DNA from: a virus
Taxonomy: Duplodnaviria; Caudoviricetes
Length of the DNA: 64,000 bases
Direction: 5' to 3' (one strand)
IMG/VR virus record: IMGVR_UViG_3300011217_000001
Location: 32,001 to 96,000 of that record
A program made the translations under genes and the position numbers. Positions within the stretch are counted from its first letter, which is position 1, and the number at the start of each line of letters is the position of its first letter. Under the pieces are notes generated by a model. It made no database searches. It saw only the letters and a list, made by a program, of their open reading frames with translations, and was not told the origin of the DNA. This document shows, piece after piece, positions 50,625 through 59,840 of this stretch.

Positions 50625-51707
50625 TCAGTAAGGCTGTTCGCGACGCACGTCGTAGGGGATGACCAGCTTGCCGCGCAGGTTCTTGCACAGCGGGCCCAGC
50701 TCGATCACCAGCACATGACTGTAGTCATTGCAACCGCAGTGGAACGGACCTTCGTTGCGGCCGTTGTAGACGATGCGCGCGCCGGAGACATTGAACTCTA
50801 CTTCCTGCGGGGAGGAGATCCAGAAGTCACCGGTCAGTCGCGTGCCATCGCGCCACTTGCCGTCATGGGTACGTACCGGTTCACCGACACGATACTTCAA
50901 CAGGTTCTGGTAGAGGATGGTGCCTTCCAGATCCTGGTAGTACGACTCGGCCAGCTGCTTGCGACCCTGACCACCGAGGTGATCGGGATAGATGAAACCT
51001 GACAGGTCCGTCACGCAGATCATCGCGCTGAGGCGATTGTCCGGGATCAGGATGACTTCCATCGCGCCGATCCAGACCAGGCAGTTCGGACGGAAGCGAA
51101 GGCGAGCCAGGAAATGACCACGCTGCAGCCAGCTCGGCGGGCAGTTGGAGAAGTCGACGTCGAAGTCTTCCATGTCCAACCAGATGCGGTAGCGATCACG
51201 CATTGCCTGCGCTACGCTCTCCTTGGTCATCCGGGCGTCCACGTGCAAGTGGATGTGCGTCTTGCCCAGATACGCTTCCATCAACATGCGATGGTAAGTG
51301 AACGTCTCGCTGCTGCACCAGCCGGTCTTGCGAGTCGGTGTGATGTGCACCTGCGTCAGCGTGTTGCCCAGTGCGGCTGGAGCGCTGAGCTCCAACTGGT
51401 CGGGTGCGAAGTCCGTCTCGTTGGCACGGTTGATCAGATCGACCAGTACGTGCTTACCCGGCTTGTTGTACGGGTAGATCGGTTCGGCACACTGCCAGGC
51501 TTCAGGCTGACGATGCTGATGCGGGAAGTGCTCGTAGTGTCGGGGATCAGGGCGCGGATGGGAGTGCCCGTGATCGTGGTGATCGTGCGGACCCTGTGCA
51601 GACGGCCGACGTCCTTGAATCGGCGGGGCCGAGCTCCAACTATCTTGATCCGAGAAGTTCCCGGGGGACGAGTGTCCACCTCGCGGGAAGGGAGGCTGGC
51701 TGTGCAT
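50625..51707 (-). CDS. Member of the modular paralogue family with a His/Pro-rich leader
   Basis: GGAG SD; YNKPGKHVLVDLINRANE... module and LSAMICVTDLSGFIYP motif shared with the 51862-59781 array. Confidence 0.75.
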   Translation of the reverse strand: MHSQPPFPRGGHSSPGNFSDQDSWSSAPPIQGRRPSAQGPHDHHDHGHSHPRPDPRHYEHFPHQHRQPEAWQCAEPIYPYNKPGKHVLVDLINRANETDFAPDQLELSAPAALGNTLTQVHITPTRKTGWCSSETFTYHRMLMEAYLGKTHIHLHVDARMTKESVAQAMRDRYRIWLDMEDFDVDFSNCPPSWLQRGHFLARLRFRPNCLVWIGAMEVILIPDNRLSAMICVTDLSGFIYPDHLGGQGRKQLAESYYQDLEGTILYQNLLKYRVGEPVRTHDGKWRDGTRLTGDFWISSPQEVEFNVSGARIVYNGRNEGPFHCGCNDYSHVLVIELGPLCKNLRGKLVIPYDVRREQPY

Positions 51708-51766
51708 GCAAAGACTCCGTTAAAGGGAAAAGGAAAGCATCGAAAGCGTCGATGTTTTCGGGGTAG

Positions 51767-51812
51767 CCATAAGATTGGGTGGCGTCCTTTTATAAAGACC
51801 AATCCTATGTCC
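51767..51812. promoter_or_regulatory. Divergent pair of putative late promoters, CCAATC(C/T)TATG
   Basis: CCAATCTTATG on the minus strand (~51768-51778) and CCAATCCTATG on the plus strand (~51799-51809), each pointing at its flanking gene; TATG is the phiKZ late-promoter motif. Confidence 0.5.
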
Positions 51813-51861
51813 TAGGAGGGATACTAGACATCCACCCAGCCATTTCAAAGGAGTCTTTCCA

Positions 51862-53061
51862 ATGAGCGAAATTGACCAGAGTCAGACCAGCGACAAGTTG
51901 TTGCTGAACCTGATCAACGTCGAGAACGAGAGCACCATCGAGCGCGAGCAGATCGACTTCGGTCTGCCCAACACGCTGGCCGAGCCGATCGAAGGCAGCG
52001 ATGCCAACACCCGTACCGAGGTGATCGCGGTTCCGGATGCCCCTTGGAACAAGAGCGTCAAGGTGGAATACCACCGCCGCGAGCTGCCGCGCTACTTCGG
52101 CGATGAGATCGAGGTGTCCGTCCCCAAGGGCGCTTCCAAGGAAGACATCGTCTCGCGCATCAACGCCGAGTACGGCACGAAGCTGGCCCACCTGGAGATG
52201 GAGATCTCCCCGGCGCCGTCGGCAGACAACATCCCGGGCGAGTTCGTCCTGAAGGCAGTACCGAATTCGCTGGGCTACATCGGTCAGGTGCCCCTGATTC
52301 TGGATCTGGTCCGTTCGCCGTTGAGCGATCGTCTGACCAAGTCGGATCTGGATGGCTTCATCTATCCGAACGCCAACACGCCCTCGCTGAACAACATCAT
52401 CCTCGAACGCAATGTCCTGGGTCCGACTGGCGTCCCGGCCATTGTTTCGAGCGGGATCACTGACAACCGCAAGGGCTTCAACTTCGCCAAGAATGGCGAG
52501 GTAGTGGCGTTCGTGCGTGCCTTCAATACCACGGGTGGTTGGGATACCACCGGCGGCGTGGGCGTTGACCCGAATGCGGAGGGCATCTACCCGATCCGTA
52601 CCGCCACCGGCTCGCACAGCAACTTCGGCTATGCTCGAAGCTGGCAGGTTGCATTCGGTTTCCAGCTGACTGCCGAACAGACCAAGTTCCAGGACATCCT
52701 GGAAGGTTACGACGTCGAGGTGGAAATCAAGACCTCCTTCCCCAATGGCACGGGCGAGAAGACGGTCACCTGCCGCGCCGAGTACTTGCCTACCGACGCC
52801 ACGCGTCTGCGGCTGGTCAACAAGGAAACGGGTGCTGTCGTTGGTAACATGTCCAATACCGGCTCGGGCAAGACCACCTACAAGTCCCTCCTCAGTACCA
52901 GCAGTCAGGCACTGTTCCCGGGCATGCAGGTCACTGAAACTTCGGTCAACGGTACGCGCATGTCGATCTATCGCGGTCGGATCAAGACCAAGCTGACCCT
53001 GACCCGCAAGACCGGTCGTGCCAAGGTGGTCGAGATCATCACCGAAGCCATCGCATCGTAA
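51862..53061 (+). CDS. Modular paralogue 1 (conserved N-module + variable domain)
   Basis: LLLNLINVENE...PW...INAEYG...LSDRLTKSDLDGFIYP...NGEV...RKTGRAK. Confidence 0.8.
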   Translation: MSEIDQSQTSDKLLLNLINVENESTIEREQIDFGLPNTLAEPIEGSDANTRTEVIAVPDAPWNKSVKVEYHRRELPRYFGDEIEVSVPKGASKEDIVSRINAEYGTKLAHLEMEISPAPSADNIPGEFVLKAVPNSLGYIGQVPLILDLVRSPLSDRLTKSDLDGFIYPNANTPSLNNIILERNVLGPTGVPAIVSSGITDNRKGFNFAKNGEVVAFVRAFNTTGGWDTTGGVGVDPNAEGIYPIRTATGSHSNFGYARSWQVAFGFQLTAEQTKFQDILEGYDVEVEIKTSFPNGTGEKTVTCRAEYLPTDATRLRLVNKETGAVVGNMSNTGSGKTTYKSLLSTSSQALFPGMQVTETSVNGTRMSIYRGRIKTKLTLTRKTGRAKVVEIITEAIAS

Positions 53062-53071
53062 GGAGTAGTCC

Positions 53072-55000
53072 ATGGACGTTTGCCCATTGGCAAAGCCCAG
53101 CAAGCTGCTTGTCCTCGACCTGGTCAACCAGGAGAACGACAGCAGCATCACCGAGGAGCAGTTGATCTTCGGTGAAGTGGAATCGAACGAGGAGGGCGGT
53201 AACACCGCCCTCCGTCTCACGGCTGCACCTGATGCGCCGTGGAACAGCTTCGTTGACACCACCTTCGATCGTCTCGATCTGGCGGTGCTGTTCAACAACG
53301 AGCGCGCGGAAGTCTCCCTGCCCAAGGGCGCAACTGCCGCTGACCTGATCTGTCATTTGAACTTCACCTACGACCTGAAGTTTGACGTCAATGAATTCGA
53401 CGTCGTTCCGCAGGAAGATGGTGAACTGCCGGAACTGTACAAGGTCACGGCGAAAGCTGGCAACATGGCCTACGTGGGCTCGGTCGATGTATTTGCCGAT
53501 CTCGATCGCATGCCCTTGTCGGCCCGACTGCTCACCACGGACCTGAACGGCTTCAAGTACCCGTACCGGGGACCGTCGCTGGACCACGTGGTGTACGATC
53601 AGGATACCGACTACAGCGCCTTCGGTAACTTCGGTTACTATGGTCGTCCCAACGACCCGTCACTGATCCCGGAATATCGACGTGGTGCACTCTCTGGTGA
53701 CAACGGAGAAGTGAAAGCGTACATGATGTACGAAGTTCCCACCTACGATCCGACCCTGGCTGCCAATCAGTCTGGAGTTGGTCGTTTCTATGGTCCTCGT
53801 GATGCTGTCGACGGCGTGGTGATTATCCCGCAGCCGAAGGTAGCCTTGCGTCAGGGCAATGCGGAGCCCGTACTTCTCGTCGGCATTCAGTCCTCTGATG
53901 GGACGACCGTCCTTACCACCAAGGGCATCACTGATACATACGACGCAACCTTGCGTCTTGTCTCTGGTAACGGCGGCAGTCAGCGTAGCGTGCGCACCTA
54001 TACGCTCATCGATGCTCCTGAGCGTATCGATGCTATCTATTGGAAGGCCGATCCGGATTCTGCCAAGGCAGGTTCTATCGACGTCATGGGCGTGCTGTCC
54101 GGCGGCGGGACGATGATTCGTACGTACGACTACCCCGGTACATTCAACCGCTCCATGCCTGGCGTGACTGCTTGGTCTGGTTCCGTCGATGGGCGAACCA
54201 TCCGTCGAGTATTCGGTGAGGTTGAAGCCACGTTGACGTTGCAGCGTAAGGTCGGTCCTGCCGAACCGATCGTCCTGCATCTGAAGATGCGGACTGATCC
54301 GATTGAAGGGGCGGTCGGTACGCTGGACAAACCGGCTTACTTCGCCTCGCAGCCCGTGGGCCTGCCCAACGGTCTCGGCGTGACCAATATCCCCGGCGAT
54401 ACCGGTGGGCTTGTTGATTACGCCGAGAACGGTGAAGTTATCGTCTACAACCGTGCGGTGCAGGCAACAGCTGTCAGTGGTGAGGTGCGGGCAACACCCA
54501 CGCGCACCCCGAAGACGTCTATCATCAACACCAGGATGGAGCCTTGGCGCGTTTCCCTAGGCCTGAGCCGTGACATCGATGCGCTCGGCGATGATCGTGT
54601 CATGAAGGAATATGACATTCAGCTGGTTTCGCGTAGCAGGCCGGCGAGCAATGCTTCTTGGGTCACCGAAATCCGTGACATGGTCAGTCGAGTCGACGCC
54701 AATGGGAAGCTTCAGTACGACCTGAAGTTGCAGGGTGGTACGAACGCCTACAACGCCGGTAGCAGGAAGATCGGCGAGAAGAACTTCTGGATTGCATCCA
54801 TCCAGCCCAATGGTAACCAGAGCACTGCTGCTATCGCCCTCGCAGATGTCCCACCGTTCCACAAGGGTCTGAATGTAACTCAACTGGGCACAGGTCGGTA
54901 CGCATACATCGGCCAGACCGAACATCGCTGGAAACTCAAGCGCAAAGACGGCAAGGGCGCTGCGATCGAGCTGGTTACCCTCTACGACTTCAAGGCATAA
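53072..55000 (+). CDS. Modular paralogue 2 (N-module + two variable domains)
   Basis: MDVCPLAK start; DLDRMPLSARLLTTDLNGFKYP; two NGEV...RKxG units. Confidence 0.8.
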   Translation: MDVCPLAKPSKLLVLDLVNQENDSSITEEQLIFGEVESNEEGGNTALRLTAAPDAPWNSFVDTTFDRLDLAVLFNNERAEVSLPKGATAADLICHLNFTYDLKFDVNEFDVVPQEDGELPELYKVTAKAGNMAYVGSVDVFADLDRMPLSARLLTTDLNGFKYPYRGPSLDHVVYDQDTDYSAFGNFGYYGRPNDPSLIPEYRRGALSGDNGEVKAYMMYEVPTYDPTLAANQSGVGRFYGPRDAVDGVVIIPQPKVALRQGNAEPVLLVGIQSSDGTTVLTTKGITDTYDATLRLVSGNGGSQRSVRTYTLIDAPERIDAIYWKADPDSAKAGSIDVMGVLSGGGTMIRTYDYPGTFNRSMPGVTAWSGSVDGRTIRRVFGEVEATLTLQRKVGPAEPIVLHLKMRTDPIEGAVGTLDKPAYFASQPVGLPNGLGVTNIPGDTGGLVDYAENGEVIVYNRAVQATAVSGEVRATPTRTPKTSIINTRMEPWRVSLGLSRDIDALGDDRVMKEYDIQLVSRSRPASNASWVTEIRDMVSRVDANGKLQYDLKLQGGTNAYNAGSRKIGEKNFWIASIQPNGNQSTAAIALADVPPFHKGLNVTQLGTGRYAYIGQTEHRWKLKRKDGKGAAIELVTLYDFKA

Positions 55001-55012
55001 CAGGAGTAAACA

Positions 55013-56224
55013 ATGGACATCTGTCCGCTGGCAAAATCGGGTGAGGAGCTCATCCTCAACCTGATCAACTCCGAGAACAACACGGAGATCACGGCCGAGC
55101 AGCTGGTGCTCGGTACGCCTGCGGCCAACAGCGAGGGCGGCAACACCGCCCTCAACGTTGCAGCCGCCGAAGACGCACCCTGGAACAAGTTCGTCGACGT
55201 TTCCTACGATCGACTGGACGTGGCCACCGTCTTCCACAATGAACGGGCGGAGATTTCACTGCCCAAGGGCGCCACCACGTCTGATCTGGTCTGTCACCTC
55301 AACTACACCTACGGCACTGCCTTCAAGGTGGATGAGTTCGACATCAAGCCGATCGAGGACGGTGAGCTGCCCGAACTGTACGAGATGACCGCCAAGGCGG
55401 ACAACCTCGCCTACACCGGTACGCTGCAGGTCTTCGCGGACCTCGACCGGATGCCGCTGTCGGCTCGCCTGACGGTGACCGATCTGAATGGCTTCGGCTA
55501 TTACAGCGAAAGCATCCCTTCGCTCAACAACATCATCGTTGAGAACAACGTAACGATGCCGGCCAGTTACCCGGTGGCGATCGGTCGTGGCGTGGACAAT
55601 CGGGTCGGCTATAACTTCGCCAAGAATGGTGAAGTAGTGGTCGGTTGGCGGGGTATTCGCCATACCAACTTCGCCACTGAATCATCCAGCGGGGCATCTC
55701 GTCGGGGCGATGGCAGCATCATCCTCAATACCGAAACTCCGACCGGCTCTCCCCCGGGCGGCGGCAACACGTGGCGTGGACGTCCGTGGCGCTTCTGCAT
55801 GTACCTCGGACTCGATCCTGCGCAGAACACGTTTGCGCATATCGCCGACGGCTACGACATGTCCATTGAGCTGACCACCAAGAGCGACGGTGCTCCGTTC
55901 ATCGTGACGGGTGCCTTGGTGCGCTCTGGCAATGACCTGGTGTGGCAGAGCAGCATCGGACTGAACATCCCGCTGACCTACAACAGCAACCAGAAGATGT
56001 ACGTCTTCCAGTTGGATGACCTCATCGACAACTCCACCACCATCACGATTCGCCGCCTGCTCAACGGTCTGCGTATGACCGAACGCAAGGTAGCGGGCCC
56101 GGGTATCATCTACAACGGTATCTGGATCCGCAACGGTGACTTCACCGCGACGCTGAAACTCGTCCGCAAGACCGGTCGCGCTAAGCCTGTCGAGATGACG
56201 ATGGTCAGCACTGTTTCCGCGTAA
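55013..56224 (+). CDS. Modular paralogue 3
   Basis: MDICPLAK...DLDRMPLSARLTVTDLNGFGYY...NGEV...RKTGRAKP. Confidence 0.8.
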   Translation: MDICPLAKSGEELILNLINSENNTEITAEQLVLGTPAANSEGGNTALNVAAAEDAPWNKFVDVSYDRLDVATVFHNERAEISLPKGATTSDLVCHLNYTYGTAFKVDEFDIKPIEDGELPELYEMTAKADNLAYTGTLQVFADLDRMPLSARLTVTDLNGFGYYSESIPSLNNIIVENNVTMPASYPVAIGRGVDNRVGYNFAKNGEVVVGWRGIRHTNFATESSSGASRRGDGSIILNTETPTGSPPGGGNTWRGRPWRFCMYLGLDPAQNTFAHIADGYDMSIELTTKSDGAPFIVTGALVRSGNDLVWQSSIGLNIPLTYNSNQKMYVFQLDDLIDNSTTITIRRLLNGLRMTERKVAGPGIIYNGIWIRNGDFTATLKLVRKTGRAKPVEMTMVSTVSA

Positions 56225-56239
56225 CACGAGGAACCTTAG

Positions 56240-57457
56240 ATGGACGTCTGTCCCCTTGCAAAGACCGGTCAGGAGCTGGTCCTCGAATTGGTGAACGCCG
56301 AGAACTCCTCGGCGATCACTGAGGAGCAGCTTGTCTTCGGCTTGCCCGAAGGCACTGATGCTGAACAGAACACCAAGCTGAACCTGACGGCGGCTGTCGA
56401 CTCGCCCTGGAACAGCTTCGTGGACGTGGAGTACGATCGCCTTGACCTGAACACCTTGTTCCACGGTCAGCGCGCTGAAGTCTCCGTCCCGAAGGCTGCA
56501 ACACCTGCCGACATCATCTGTCATCTGAACTTCACCTACGGGACCAAGTTCGATGTCAATGAGTTCAAGGTGACGCCGGTTGAAGACGGTGAGCTGCCTG
56601 AGCTCTACAAGGTCGAAGCGCTCGACAACAACCTGGCCTACACCGGCACGTTCGACGTGTTCGTTGATCTGGAGCGGATGCCTCTGAGCGCACGCCTCCT
56701 GAAGACGGACCTGGAAGGTTTCACCTATCCGAACGCAGGCGAGCCCAGTTTCAACAACGTGATCTACAACGCCAACGAAACCGGCCTCATCGGCATCACT
56801 CAGCTCGGCGCCTACTCTGAAGCCCCAGCAAGTGATCGTGACCAGTGGCGTACTGGCATGCGTTCGGCCAACAACGGTGAACTGCTCATCTACGTCGGTG
56901 GCGATGTGTCCACCAGTCATCGCAACGTCAGTAGTCGGGCCAACATCAGTAAGTTCAATTGGCCTTACGAAGACGGCGTGATGATCCTGCCGCAGATGAA
57001 AATTGGCGGTGACGTTACGCAGTCTGCTTTCTTCATCTCCTGCGGTTTCCGACGCGTCAACGCGATGGACTGGACTGCGGCTGAGTTGCTCGAATTGTAC
57101 GACATCAGCGTGGAGGCCTTCAGTCGTAATCGCCAGACGAACGACAACATGGCCATTGGTTTCACACGCCGAGCGATCGCGCGAGTGCATCCCTCCAACC
57201 CGCAGACCATCCAGTGGCTGCTGGAAGACAATAGTACGCGCAACTGGTCTCTTGTGAACAACGCAGCCACCGGCAACTGGTTCCGTTCGTCCATCCAGCC
57301 GGGCGTCGGCATACTCCCGGGCTTCCGTGGCTGGTCTGGCTCCGGCGCCAGCCGTGCTCATGGTGAAGGTCATCTCACCATCACCGCCAAACGCAAGGAT
57401 GGCAAGGGCAAGCCGCTGGTCGTACGTCTGGACTTCCGCACGGATCCGGCTTTCTAA
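56240..57457 (+). CDS. Modular paralogue 4
   Basis: MDVCPLAK...DLERMPLSARLLKTDLEGFTYP...NGEL...RKDGKGKP. Confidence 0.8.
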   Translation: MDVCPLAKTGQELVLELVNAENSSAITEEQLVFGLPEGTDAEQNTKLNLTAAVDSPWNSFVDVEYDRLDLNTLFHGQRAEVSVPKAATPADIICHLNFTYGTKFDVNEFKVTPVEDGELPELYKVEALDNNLAYTGTFDVFVDLERMPLSARLLKTDLEGFTYPNAGEPSFNNVIYNANETGLIGITQLGAYSEAPASDRDQWRTGMRSANNGELLIYVGGDVSTSHRNVSSRANISKFNWPYEDGVMILPQMKIGGDVTQSAFFISCGFRRVNAMDWTAAELLELYDISVEAFSRNRQTNDNMAIGFTRRAIARVHPSNPQTIQWLLEDNSTRNWSLVNNAATGNWFRSSIQPGVGILPGFRGWSGSGASRAHGEGHLTITAKRKDGKGKPLVVRLDFRTDPAF

Positions 57458-57491
57458 TCCCACCGCTTCACCCACCACAGCAGGTACTTAG

Positions 57492-58655
57492 ATGGACGTC
57501 TGTCCTCTCGCAAAGTCCGGCTCCGAGTTGATCCTGGATCTGATCAACGCCGAGAACGGTTCCACCATCACCGAAGATCAGATTGTCTTCGGTGAGCCCA
57601 CTGCCTCCACGGAAGATGGCAACACGGGCCTGAACGTCGCTGCTGCGGAAGACTCTCCGTGGAACAGCTTCGTCGATGTCAAGTACGATCGTCTGGATCT
57701 GGCAACGCTGTTCGGCGATCAGGACGTTTCGGTGTCCGTGCCGAAGGAAGCCACGGCGGCCGATATCATCTGCCACCTCAACTTCACCTACGACCTGAAC
57801 TTCAAGGTCGACGAGTTCGATCTGCTGCCGCAGGAAGACGGCGCAATCCCCGAGCCGTACAAGCTGCGCGCGAAGGCGAACAATCTCGCCTACACCGGCG
57901 AGTTCCCGCTCTTCGTTGATCTGGAGCGCATGCCCTTGTCGGCACGTATCCTCGTCACCGATCTGGACGGCTTCGGTTATCCCAACAGCGATATCCCGTC
58001 GCCGAACAACCCGATCCAAGTCCAGGTGCCGACTCGCTCATCGGGTAGCTCGTACTACGCAGCCTTCACCAAGGACTACGGTGATCTGCAGTTGAAGATC
58101 GAACTGGGGATGGGCGGTAATACCCCGCCGGCTATCCCGGTGCGGGTGCTCGACCGTACCGACGGCGTGCGCCAGATGGCATGGCGTTACAGCAACCAGG
58201 GCTCCTCCACGGCCTCGATCGAGGTCACTGCCTCGAAGGGCGGCGTGGCTTTGAAGACCGCCGCTATCCTGGACGACTACGATATCAGCGTCATCGAAAT
58301 CGGCACCCTGGGTGAAGGTCCGGAGATGAAGGTGATCTTGGCCGAGGCCAATGGCACTGGCGCCCCGCTCAGGAGCGATGACGGGCTGACCTACCCGATT
58401 CGCTTCAACGCCGCTCCTACCAACAACTTCGCCATGAGGATGCTGGTCGATGTTGGCAGCAGCCAGCCGGCAGTCGGAACCTACGCTCGCATCCTGCGTG
58501 ATACGTACGGTGTCGGCTACGGCTCGGCCACCGGTGGCGGTTCGACCTGGTACTACCGCCGTGGGCAGATGATCTATCGCCTGAAGCTGAAGCATCGTCG
58601 CAACCCGAACAAGCCCGACTTCTTCATCGATTTCCCGGTCGAGTTCACCCTGTAA
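57492..58655 (+). CDS. Modular paralogue 5
   Basis: MDVCPLAK...DLERMPLSARILVTDLDGFGYP. Confidence 0.8.
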   Translation: MDVCPLAKSGSELILDLINAENGSTITEDQIVFGEPTASTEDGNTGLNVAAAEDSPWNSFVDVKYDRLDLATLFGDQDVSVSVPKEATAADIICHLNFTYDLNFKVDEFDLLPQEDGAIPEPYKLRAKANNLAYTGEFPLFVDLERMPLSARILVTDLDGFGYPNSDIPSPNNPIQVQVPTRSSGSSYYAAFTKDYGDLQLKIELGMGGNTPPAIPVRVLDRTDGVRQMAWRYSNQGSSTASIEVTASKGGVALKTAAILDDYDISVIEIGTLGEGPEMKVILAEANGTGAPLRSDDGLTYPIRFNAAPTNNFAMRMLVDVGSSQPAVGTYARILRDTYGVGYGSATGGGSTWYYRRGQMIYRLKLKHRRNPNKPDFFIDFPVEFTL

Positions 58656-58731
58656 TAGCCGAAAGCGACCGACTCTCGCGAATCATGTGAGCGTCTCCTC
58701 ATCCCCGCTCCACCCAAAAGGTACTTAGAAA

Positions 58732-59781
58732 ATGATCGACTACTTGAACAAGCCGGGTAAGGAACTCCTCCTGGACCTGATCAACGATGACAACGATGCC
58801 ACCTTCACCTTCGAAGAGCTGATCTTCGGGCCGCCGGTGGAACTGAGCAAGAACCAGGACGAGCGCAACACCGCCTGTACGGTCACCGCTTCGCCGACCA
58901 GCTACTGGTACGGTCCGGTCACCACGCGCTTCGAGCGCCTGTTCCTGGATCGCATGTTCATCGACCAGGAAGTCGAGTTCTCCGCCAAGGACGTCGTGTC
59001 CGACGCAACCCTGCTCGACGCGCTGAACGCCGAATACGGCCTGAAGCTGGAACCGACTGACGTCGAAGTCATCGGCGCCTACCCGGGCGAGTTCGGTACT
59101 GCCGAACTGACCGTCAAGGCCAAGCCGGGTTCGTACGTGTACCTCGGCGAGATGGTCGTCCAGCTGATCGCTGAAAAGATCATGCTGCCGAACTACATCA
59201 CCCACACCACGCTGAAGGGCTTCCAGTACCCCGAAGCAGTGCCGGCTCACGTGGGCAAGGTGGTCAACGCCTACACCGAAGCGCTGACCAACCCGGGCAT
59301 GGATCCGTCGATCGTGGACCACGTGTTCTACGAAGTGGGCACCAACCAGGAAGCCATCGTCGGCGTCGGCGCCAACATGAACGGCAAGGTGGCCTGGTCC
59401 AACGGTGGTCACGACGTCACCGGCGGTGCCAAGTTCATGGTGCTGTTCGAACTGGCCAACCCGGCCTCGCTGGCTGAAGGCGCCAAGATCGAAAGTCTGT
59501 ACGACTTCCGTCTGCGCGTGGAAGGCAACCGCGAGGTGTCCTACAAGTTCATGGCTGAAGACGGCAACTACTTCCTGCGTCAGGAAGTGACCGGCGACGC
59601 CGTGGTGGACCTGGACGACATCCCGCTGGTGGCCTCTGCCTCGGGCCTGAAGTTCCAGGCGCTGGTTGACCTGGAAGCCATCATCGGTGGCGTGCAGTCG
59701 GCAACCGCCGTGGCCATCCGCAAGGCCGGCTTCGGTCCGCGCGTGCTGGGTCACTTCACCCTGTCCAAGCCGCAGACCTAA
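58732..59781 (+). CDS. Modular paralogue 6 (divergent, strongly codon-biased)
   Basis: LNKPGKELLLDLINDDND...LNAEYG...LPNYITHTTLKGFQYP...RKAG. Confidence 0.78.
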   Translation: MIDYLNKPGKELLLDLINDDNDATFTFEELIFGPPVELSKNQDERNTACTVTASPTSYWYGPVTTRFERLFLDRMFIDQEVEFSAKDVVSDATLLDALNAEYGLKLEPTDVEVIGAYPGEFGTAELTVKAKPGSYVYLGEMVVQLIAEKIMLPNYITHTTLKGFQYPEAVPAHVGKVVNAYTEALTNPGMDPSIVDHVFYEVGTNQEAIVGVGANMNGKVAWSNGGHDVTGGAKFMVLFELANPASLAEGAKIESLYDFRLRVEGNREVSYKFMAEDGNYFLRQEVTGDAVVDLDDIPLVASASGLKFQALVDLEAIIGGVQSATAVAIRKAGFGPRVLGHFTLSKPQT

Positions 59782-59801
59782 TCTGCGACCGGCAGTCGAA
59801 G

Positions 59802-59840
59802 GACATAGAGGGAGGGGCGAAAGCCCCTCCCCTTATGCCG
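59802..59840. terminator. Bidirectional hairpin of the CATA...TATGCCG family
   Basis: GACATAGA-GGGAGGGGC-GAAA-GCCCCTCCC-CTTATGCCG. Confidence 0.82.

Noticed and set aside
51862-59781. Diversity-generating retroelement or invertase shufflon as the source of array variation
   Set aside because: No reverse transcriptase, no template/variable repeat pair differing at adenines, no site-specific recombinase or inverted cassettes; each member is a complete gene
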